Below, one piece after another: positions 40,411-47,269 of a stretch of 55,203 nucleotides of DNA (its first letter is position 1; the number at the start of each line of letters is the position of its first letter). This DNA comes from Bacteroidota bacterium (GTDB lineage Bacteria > Bacteroidota > Bacteroidia > Flavobacteriales_D > Crocinitomicaceae): the NCBI GenBank assembly GCA_016866415.1, contig VGML01000001.1, positions 1-55,203 on the forward strand, written 5' to 3'. A model generated the notes under the pieces. The model was not told the origin of the DNA and ran no database searches. It was given only the letters and a program-made list of their open reading frames with translations. Position numbers and translations under genes: made by a program.

Positions 40411-41552
40411 TAAATCATCTTCACAAATTGAGCTAAAACTTCTTGATTGGCAATGACTTTATTGATTGTTACCATAGATGGGGAACCGTGTAGCCTTGCT
40501 TTTATCAAATCCTGGTGAAATGCATACCTTAAATCGCCTGGAACGATGGTTGATTTTAATAAACTTATTAACGCTTGTTCGCAATTATCCAATGGTATAT
40601 AATTGGATTTAAGCTTAATAACTATTCGAGCCAATAAAGTATTTATTAAATCTAGGCGAACGCCTTGTTCAGAAAAAGTTAATCGTTTTATCCAATCTTC
40701 AATTGTTGCGTTATCAGCTTCCAGGAATTCATCTGGAGAAGGGATTTGATTTAATGTATCCTCAACGAAATTGATAAACGATTCTGCGGACTCTAAATCC
40801 AAGCAACCTTTAGCCAATACTTGAACCAAACTTTTTTCTTGAATCAAATCTGGGATAAGCTTAATTTGACTGAAGAACTGAACAAGAGTTCTTGGTGTCG
40901 TTCTTCGCATTGTAACCATTTCGGGATAGGTTAGCACAAAGTTAACTCCACGCTCATCAATTCCTGCTTCTAAAGCCCATTCTGCCCATGCTTTTTCATC
41001 AAATTTTAATGTAATGTGGATCATTCTAGTAAGCATCGCCTCATCCATTGGGGTAACGGAATAATCCCCAGAGTCAGGATTCGCTGTTACAACAATTTGC
41101 CAATTTTTTGGTAAAGACCACGAAAACATCTCAAAGTTTTGTAAAAGCTGCATCGTTCCCCGCAAAATTCGATCATCTGCACGATTAATGTCATCGAGGA
41201 GTAAAATTCCTGGTCCTTCATCTGTTGGAACCCACTCTGGAGGAAGGTAAACAGTTCTTTCATCTCCAAAAATGGTTGGGTCTGGATCAATTTTGAAAGG
41301 AAGTCCGTGCAAATCACCCATCTCCTCGAACTGGGCTGGAGCGCAATATGCTACCTTCCATTTTTTACTTCTAGCCAAGTCCATGGCTATTTCCGTTTTA
41401 CCCAAACCATGTGTTCCCCAGATACATATTGGGGTAGGGCGTCTGCCTGATTGAGCTTCAAAAACTAAATTGGACTCAAGAATTTTCTCTAATAATTGAA
41501 ATAACTCCTTTCCATTGACTTCTGCCCCGTAGCAATCTTGATTTTGACTCAT
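40410..41552 (-). CDS. MoxR-type AAA+ ATPase (AAA_5 / CbbQ-NorQ-like)
   Basis: Walker A GTHGLGKTE (aa 46-54), Walker B ILLLDDINRA (aa 116-124), and a sensor region VVTANP. The ATG overlaps the stop of the LRR gene as ATGA. Confidence 0.85.
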   Translation of the reverse strand: MSQNQDCYGAEVNGKELFQLLEKILESNLVFEAQSGRRPTPICIWGTHGLGKTEIAMDLARSKKWKVAYCAPAQFEEMGDLHGLPFKIDPDPTIFGDERTVYLPPEWVPTDEGPGILLLDDINRADDRILRGTMQLLQNFEMFSWSLPKNWQIVVTANPDSGDYSVTPMDEAMLTRMIHITLKFDEKAWAEWALEAGIDERGVNFVLTYPEMVTMRRTTPRTLVQFFSQIKLIPDLIQEKSLVQVLAKGCLDLESAESFINFVEDTLNQIPSPDEFLEADNATIEDWIKRLTFSEQGVRLDLINTLLARIVIKLKSNYIPLDNCEQALISLLKSTIVPGDLRYAFHQDLIKARLHGSPSMVTINKVIANQEVLAQFVKMI

Positions 41553-42790
41553 AAATCCAAATAACTTGTATCTAAAGATAGTAAATTATGCTTTTCCTCT
41601 ATACTAAAGAAATTTCCTCTAAGCCTTATGGTGGTTCTAGATAAATCAGAGGTTTTATAAAAACTTAAAAACTCGGTTAGGCAATTATCTTCTAAATCTA
41701 GATAAACCAAATTGGTCAAGTTTTTCATAGATGCGGGTAGTTTGCGTAGTTGGTTTTTTCTTGAATCAAGACGTGATATTCCGCGCCAAAACAATTCGCC
41801 CTCTGGCAGGATCTCAAGTTTATTATGAGAACACAATAATTCACTTAATGAGTTTAAATTCATGAATTCTTTTGGAATGGATGAAATATGGTTGTGACTA
41901 ACATCTAAATATTCTAAATTAAGACACATAATATTCATCTCTAGAGGAAAAGTCGATATTTCATTGTCCCTTAAATTCAATCTTTTTAAATTTCTTGGTA
42001 ATTCCGAGAGATCAAAACTTGTAAAAAAACAACTTGACAGGTCTAGTTTTTCCAAATTATCCATATCTGAAAGCCCTTTTATTTCATTCAATTTATTCAT
42101 CGAAAAATCAAGCTCTTGAATGCTGTTTGGTAAAAAGCCTAGGCTGATGCTTGTAAGTTTTAGGCTGTCATTGAAAACAATGTTCGTAAGTTTAGAGTTG
42201 TTTTTCGTTAATTTCGGTAGTTGACTCAAACTGCACAATCTAAACTCCACCGAACTTAAAGCAGTTGCCAAGCTTAAATCTTTTGGAAGTATTTCTCCAT
42301 TAACGCTAATAAATGTCAGCTTTTCAATTGATTTGGACGAATAAATGGAATTCAGCTGATAATCAGAATCTAAATCATAAAATGAACATGATTTTATTTG
42401 ATTTGCAATTAATGGGAAATCTAAATCAAAGGTGTTTCTCAATGCTGATTCACAATTAATAATTAAGTTTTCTATACATAAAGCATTAACTAGTTGACTA
42501 ACAACACCATTGGGGATTTCAGAAATTTTAGCGTCCAAAAGCAGTGTTTTTGGTGCCGGTAAAAAGTGGTTTTCCAAACGAAAAAGGCCCTTTCTTATCA
42601 TTGAAGGGTGACTTCCATCAACACTAAACGCAATTAAAAACAAACAATCCAAATCTGATAGTTCAATTCGATTTGACCAAATTTCATCTACAATTTCATT
42701 CGGAAATATGGATATAAAAAACCCATTTTGATCCATGTTTTTAACATCATGGAGAATGTTCAATAGCTGTTCTTTTGAAAACTGATCCAT
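41549..42790 (-). CDS. leucine-rich repeat protein
   Basis: The C-terminal ~250 aa are consecutive 22-24-aa LxxLxLxxNxLxxLP repeats (e.g. LEKLDLSSCFFTSFDLSELPRNLKRLNLRDNEISTFP, LEYLDVSHNHISSIPKEFMNLNSLSELLCSHNKLEILP, LVYLDLEDNCLTEF). The N-terminal ~150 aa are unassigned. The start is 6 nt after the RT gene stop. Confidence 0.8.
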   Translation of the reverse strand: MDQFSKEQLLNILHDVKNMDQNGFFISIFPNEIVDEIWSNRIELSDLDCLFLIAFSVDGSHPSMIRKGLFRLENHFLPAPKTLLLDAKISEIPNGVVSQLVNALCIENLIINCESALRNTFDLDFPLIANQIKSCSFYDLDSDYQLNSIYSSKSIEKLTFISVNGEILPKDLSLATALSSVEFRLCSLSQLPKLTKNNSKLTNIVFNDSLKLTSISLGFLPNSIQELDFSMNKLNEIKGLSDMDNLEKLDLSSCFFTSFDLSELPRNLKRLNLRDNEISTFPLEMNIMCLNLEYLDVSHNHISSIPKEFMNLNSLSELLCSHNKLEILPEGELFWRGISRLDSRKNQLRKLPASMKNLTNLVYLDLEDNCLTEFLSFYKTSDLSRTTIRLRGNFFSIEEKHNLLSLDTSYLDL

Positions 42791-42796
42791 TCGTAT

Positions 42797-45700
42797 TTAT
42801 TTGGGCGTTTTTATGGGTATTTCTAAAGTTCTGCCTTGTTGAATTAACTGCTGTTGGAGGGCTAAAATTTCCTTTTCGTTTATATAAAAATAAGGTCTCA
42901 GATCTATTATTTCTATTTTAGTTAATAGATTTAATAAACTCGTTATTTCTTTTAAACTAAGATATCCGGTTTCCCTTGCATAAATTATCTTTAAATTAGG
43001 GAAAATAGGATTTAATAAGGTTGGGGTGTTATAACTGAAGAAATTTCGAGTATTATCCACAAATAAGTTCTCCAAAGAAGGTATGTTTGGTAGTTTACAA
43101 TTCACCGAAGTATAAGATAAATTCAACGTTTTTAGGTTTTTAAATGATTCTAAAGCTGTCAAATCGTGATGATAACCACTAAACGATAAATCCAAATACC
43201 TGCAATTTTCTTTGTTCTGTTTAGCTAATTCAAGCGAATTGTAATAACCATTACTGTTAAATATACCTTGCTTGGTCGCTTCACTTAAAAATGTTTTTCT
43301 AATTATATTTGGCATACCTGCCCTCGTTGTGCTTTCTTGATAAAACACCTCTGATTCAAAACTAGAAATCACATGAGATTTCTCAAGCGCGGTTTCTTCG
43401 CAAGTAAAATAGCGATACTCGCCATCAGATTGAGAAATATGGGTTCCTAATTTATGTATAACAAAATGAAATTCAGCTGGCGTTAGAAAGGATAATAAAT
43501 AATCGATAAGTTGATTGAAAATTGAATCTGATTTTACTTGTTTGGTTGCTAGTTTTTTAGGTAAAAAGACAAGTGTTCGGGCGCTAATTTTACAAGCTTT
43601 TAATAAAAAAGCTGGGTTTTCCTTTAGTCGTTTTGAAGCAAAAACCATTGAATAAGGGTTCCTTTTTATTGCAATTAACATAACTTCCTCATCATTCTTT
43701 AATTTTGAGGGAAGGTGCTTAGCTGCAATTTCACCTGACGCCAGCATTGTCATCACTTTATTTCTTGAGTTATCACTGGCGGAGTAGAGCTTATGTTTTG
43801 CAAACACCCCGTGTTTTATAATATATGGGCGATTTAATGGGCGATCGTCTGAAGGTGGAATTGTTGGTGGTTTTGATTCTTTCTTGTGAGAAAAAATATC
43901 CAAATCTGATAGTAGATTTTCCTTTCCTAGTCGCGTCTTTTTTTCTGAATGAATTTTTTGATTAAAGTTGACTTCTGTCCAATCCATTATAGGGCCTTTT
44001 TCGCGCTTGAAGCGTTCAGGGTTAAATAAAAGCTTGTCTTTTTTATAAAAACTTTCCAAGGGGACGCTGAGTTTGTGTACATCAAACTGAAGAGCGAACC
44101 CAAGAAGTGGAAAGCCAGAAACTCGCTTAGAGTAAATCAAATTCGTGGTTAATTTAGATGCGTGTGGCTTTGAATTGTACCTATTTATAGCATATAATTT
44201 TGGGAAATGCTCCTCTATTTGTCCTTTTTTAAGTTCTTTTTCGTTTTCATTAGAAAGCACTAAAATTAACTCATCAATAAAAATTTGGTTTTTTGGGATT
44301 ATTGTTTGTATGTTCTGATGTCTCTCCTCAATCGAATCAAAAGGATATGTTACGTGTAAATACGTCTGTTCATTTCCTATTCGTTTTTCCCCCAACACTT
44401 TAACAAGAATGTTTGGTCGATGGAATTCAACAGATGTTGCAGGAAGGCTGGTAAAAGATGTGCCTGGATGAAGTAAATGATAAAGATCTGGTTTTACATG
44501 AAAATCACCGATAAATTTGATGTTTGGTATCCAAGAAAAATCAATAATCAAACTTTTTAAATGAATGTTTTTAAGGTCACTTGCATTGAAAACATATTGT
44601 TTCAAAAATATATTTTCTTGATGGTTGTTGTCCCGTTCCAAAGAATTTAAATGCTCGTTTAAAGGCGTGATTGAGCCAAATGACATTTTCAGCCGATGGA
44701 TAAGTTGATTGATTTGTTCATGATTCGTCTCAAACTCGATAAATAAATGAATCGCTTCTAGCTTACTGAGTCGATTAAATAGTTCCTTTGAATCTATTTT
44801 ATTAGTCCCTATCTCAAATCTAACTTTCAAGAATTCAACGGCGTTTTTGGAATCAATTAACTCGTTTAATTCGTGGTCACTACTCACCGTACGCCAGCTT
44901 TCTCCTCCTAAAGCGGATAAATAAATTTCACCCAAAGATTTTTGGCGTTCAAAAATCAACTGATCTGCCGTAAGTTCATGCGATGACTGGAGTAACCTTT
45001 TCCATGGAATATCTAAAAGCTTTAAGTCTTTATTTTCTTCTAAACGAATATGTTTTACTCCTTTTGGTAGGTTATTTAATTTTATTGATTCTAACTTATT
45101 ATTTCTTAAATCAATTCGCTTTACAGGGGCGATTTCGGTTAAATTAACGTGTTTTAAATTGTTGTTGTATAATAGAATTGATGAAGCATTAACGTTTTTT
45201 AATGAAAAAGAAAATTCTTCGAAATTCAAATTAGATAAATCAACGGAGAATTTTGACAATTGAATACTATCCCAAAGAGTTTTTGAAATCATTGGTTTTT
45301 TTGTCATTTCCTCAGACATTACGAGTCTAATAGAACAAGCGCCAACTATTGCCTGAAAATCCTCGTTTAAGGGCGGATTCAAATAATAATCTATGGAGCG
45401 ATTATTAGTTAATTCAAACTTTTGTTTTTTGTTAACTGATAAAGAAAAAGTTTTGCTGGAAATATAACAGGCGGTGTTATGGTTTATTTTCTTTTTGATT
45501 CTTTGATCAAAACTCAAAAAACAAATTGCCTTTCTGGCTATTCTACCTTTGGTTGAACGTTCTTTCGATAAGTGAGCTAAATCAGACGTCCAATACAAAC
45601 CTACTCGATTGTAATAACGATAACCATTTTCATCAGCCAAACCATTGAAATGAGGATCAAACGGATATCTTATTCCCAGAACCCTTCTGTCTTCAAAGTT

Positions 45701-47050
45701 CGTTTCTTTTATAAAGTTATTAAACTCATCCATGGTTGGTAATCGCCAGCCCGGGTTGTTTTTCAATGCTAATTCAATTGACTCCTCTGTAAAAAGTTGA
45801 ACGGACTTATTTTTTCTATCTATCGATGGATAATCTGTTTGGGTATCATCATCCGAAATTCGCCAAAAAAGACCTGCAATAAAAACCGAATTATTCTTGA
45901 TTTTAAAGTCTTTGTTCTCTAGCTCGCTTATATAATTTGTAGCATCCCCAACGGTTTTTCCTAATGCAAGAAACCTTTTTATTATAGATAATTCCCCTTT
46001 ATATCTTTTAAATTCAGGGTCAACTTTATTTACTTGAAGCACCCAATTAACTTTACCGGCTAATTCAAGCAAAAAGCTGTTTATATTGCTATGAGTTCTT
46101 GAAACGTGGTCCAATCCAAATTTTTTAAGATAATACATTTGCATTCGAAGACCTCGTTTAAAAGCCCTTCCCGCCGAACGTTTTTCGTTTACAACTATTC
46201 CCGTTACCGTTTGTCTTTTGTGTCTTTTGAGAACTTTTGTTTTTGATTTCTTTAGTTTCAACGACTTTTTATAAAGTTGGTGTTGTACAAATTTTATAAC
46301 TTGTTTAGAAACAAGTTCTGAATTTGAACCTGAAACGGTAATGTCATCCGAATAACGAGAATAACATAAGCTTTTATTCACACAAAATTCCAACATTTTT
46401 TTATCAAAACTAACGAGGTAAGAATTAGCAATATATCCGCTTGTTGGACTTCCTTGTGGTAAAAAACCATTAAGTGTTGTAGATGAAAGCACTTTTTTAG
46501 CTAATCCACTTATAATCAGCTGTTTCTTGTCTTCTGTTTCGTCTTTTTCAATAATCCCCAAATGAATCAAATATTTTACCTTGAGATTAAGAATATCAAA
46601 CCAGAATAATTCTATTTTATTTTTTGGAATACTATTAAAAAAATTAGATATATCGAGCTTAACTACGACATCTTTCCCGATATGGAAATTAGCATTTTTA
46701 ACAACACTAGATCCTTTTAAATAAGCTGTTGAAGATCTTGTTGGAAGGTATTTGTATTTAATATTTCGAGATAATACTGGATAATCACGGTGTTTTTTTA
46801 GGGTGTACAACAAATTCAAAAGTTGCTTTTGAATTTCCTTTAAAAGCGGTTTAGGCTCATAAAGTATTCTTTTGGTGCCGTCATGCTTCGGTATTACATG
46901 TTTGATATAGCATTCTTCGCTTAATTCTTCTGAAAGTTCTAATTCATGAAGTAGTTTTAAGGCATTGAATTTTAACCGAGTTACATTGAAATCTGTTTTT
47001 AAAAAATCATTTACACTAATTTGAACTATTTGATTATTTTGATCAATCAT
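42797..47050 (-). CDS. 1417-aa multidomain protein: N-terminal retron-like reverse transcriptase fused to a FISUMP/lectin-like domain, LRR blocks, a DUF4116-like repeat and unassigned regions
   Basis: RT motifs: IPKHDGTKRILYEP (motifs 1/2), NANFH (retron-type NAxxH, aa 119-123), VVKLDISNFFNSI (A), LPQGSPTSGYIANSYL (B), YSRYSDDITVSG (C; YSDD at nt 46343..46354), KLKKSKTKVL (D/6) and QTVTGIVVNEK (VTG, aa 282-284). FISUMP-like region aa ~385-580: FWRISDDD, NPGWRLPTMDEFNNF, GLYWTSD, ACSIRLV. LRR block aa ~595-685. DUF4116-like region aa ~1095-1165: EEVMLIAIKRNPYSMVFASKRLKENPAFLLKACK. LRR block aa ~1280-1385. Confidence 0.85.
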   Translation of the reverse strand: MIDQNNQIVQISVNDFLKTDFNVTRLKFNALKLLHELELSEELSEECYIKHVIPKHDGTKRILYEPKPLLKEIQKQLLNLLYTLKKHRDYPVLSRNIKYKYLPTRSSTAYLKGSSVVKNANFHIGKDVVVKLDISNFFNSIPKNKIELFWFDILNLKVKYLIHLGIIEKDETEDKKQLIISGLAKKVLSSTTLNGFLPQGSPTSGYIANSYLVSFDKKMLEFCVNKSLCYSRYSDDITVSGSNSELVSKQVIKFVQHQLYKKSLKLKKSKTKVLKRHKRQTVTGIVVNEKRSAGRAFKRGLRMQMYYLKKFGLDHVSRTHSNINSFLLELAGKVNWVLQVNKVDPEFKRYKGELSIIKRFLALGKTVGDATNYISELENKDFKIKNNSVFIAGLFWRISDDDTQTDYPSIDRKNKSVQLFTEESIELALKNNPGWRLPTMDEFNNFIKETNFEDRRVLGIRYPFDPHFNGLADENGYRYYNRVGLYWTSDLAHLSKERSTKGRIARKAICFLSFDQRIKKKINHNTACYISSKTFSLSVNKKQKFELTNNRSIDYYLNPPLNEDFQAIVGACSIRLVMSEEMTKKPMISKTLWDSIQLSKFSVDLSNLNFEEFSFSLKNVNASSILLYNNNLKHVNLTEIAPVKRIDLRNNKLESIKLNNLPKGVKHIRLEENKDLKLLDIPWKRLLQSSHELTADQLIFERQKSLGEIYLSALGGESWRTVSSDHELNELIDSKNAVEFLKVRFEIGTNKIDSKELFNRLSKLEAIHLFIEFETNHEQINQLIHRLKMSFGSITPLNEHLNSLERDNNHQENIFLKQYVFNASDLKNIHLKSLIIDFSWIPNIKFIGDFHVKPDLYHLLHPGTSFTSLPATSVEFHRPNILVKVLGEKRIGNEQTYLHVTYPFDSIEERHQNIQTIIPKNQIFIDELILVLSNENEKELKKGQIEEHFPKLYAINRYNSKPHASKLTTNLIYSKRVSGFPLLGFALQFDVHKLSVPLESFYKKDKLLFNPERFKREKGPIMDWTEVNFNQKIHSEKKTRLGKENLLSDLDIFSHKKESKPPTIPPSDDRPLNRPYIIKHGVFAKHKLYSASDNSRNKVMTMLASGEIAAKHLPSKLKNDEEVMLIAIKRNPYSMVFASKRLKENPAFLLKACKISARTLVFLPKKLATKQVKSDSIFNQLIDYLLSFLTPAEFHFVIHKLGTHISQSDGEYRYFTCEETALEKSHVISSFESEVFYQESTTRAGMPNIIRKTFLSEATKQGIFNSNGYYNSLELAKQNKENCRYLDLSFSGYHHDLTALESFKNLKTLNLSYTSVNCKLPNIPSLENLFVDNTRNFFSYNTPTLLNPIFPNLKIIYARETGYLSLKEITSLLNLLTKIEIIDLRPYFYINEKEILALQQQLIQQGRTLEIPIKTPK

Positions 47051-47124
47051 TTTACTTTCTTCTCAATACTAAAATAATAAATAAACAATGAAAGAAAACG
47101 CATCAAGTAGATTGTAAATACAAA

Positions 47125-47139
47125 ATAGACGGCGTCTAT
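47125..47139. promoter_or_regulatory. candidate operator: perfect inverted repeat ATAGACG-G-CGTCTAT upstream of the RT gene
   Basis: 7+1+7 palindrome about 75-90 nt upstream of the RT ATG (47050). A third copy of the half-site TAGACGG sits at 47194..47200. No protein-binding evidence. Confidence 0.3.
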
Positions 47140-47269
47140 AATATTGAAATAAAATAATAAAAAACTATAAAAAACAAGCCTTAATTGCGGGTTTAGACGG
47201 GTTTTTTATTTATTTCCTAATGTTTACATTAAACATAACCCTATCGCTTATTAAATCGCTTCTATTTGA

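Noticed and set aside
42797-47050. Diversity-generating retroelement (an RT next to a lectin-fold domain)
   Set aside because: RT motif B reads LPQGSPTSGYIAN (retron/group II style) rather than the DGR-type [LIV]GxxxSQ. I could not see a template/variable repeat pair of about 100+ nt in or around the island, and no Avd-like accessory gene is present. A dot plot for A-mismatched repeats would settle this, so it stays rejected only provisionally.
42797-47050. Group II intron-encoded RT / maturase
   Set aside because: There is no maturase X or En domain after the RT. No intron domain V/VI-like structure or flanking exon context is visible. The gene is the first cistron of a coupled operon rather than being embedded in an intron RNA.
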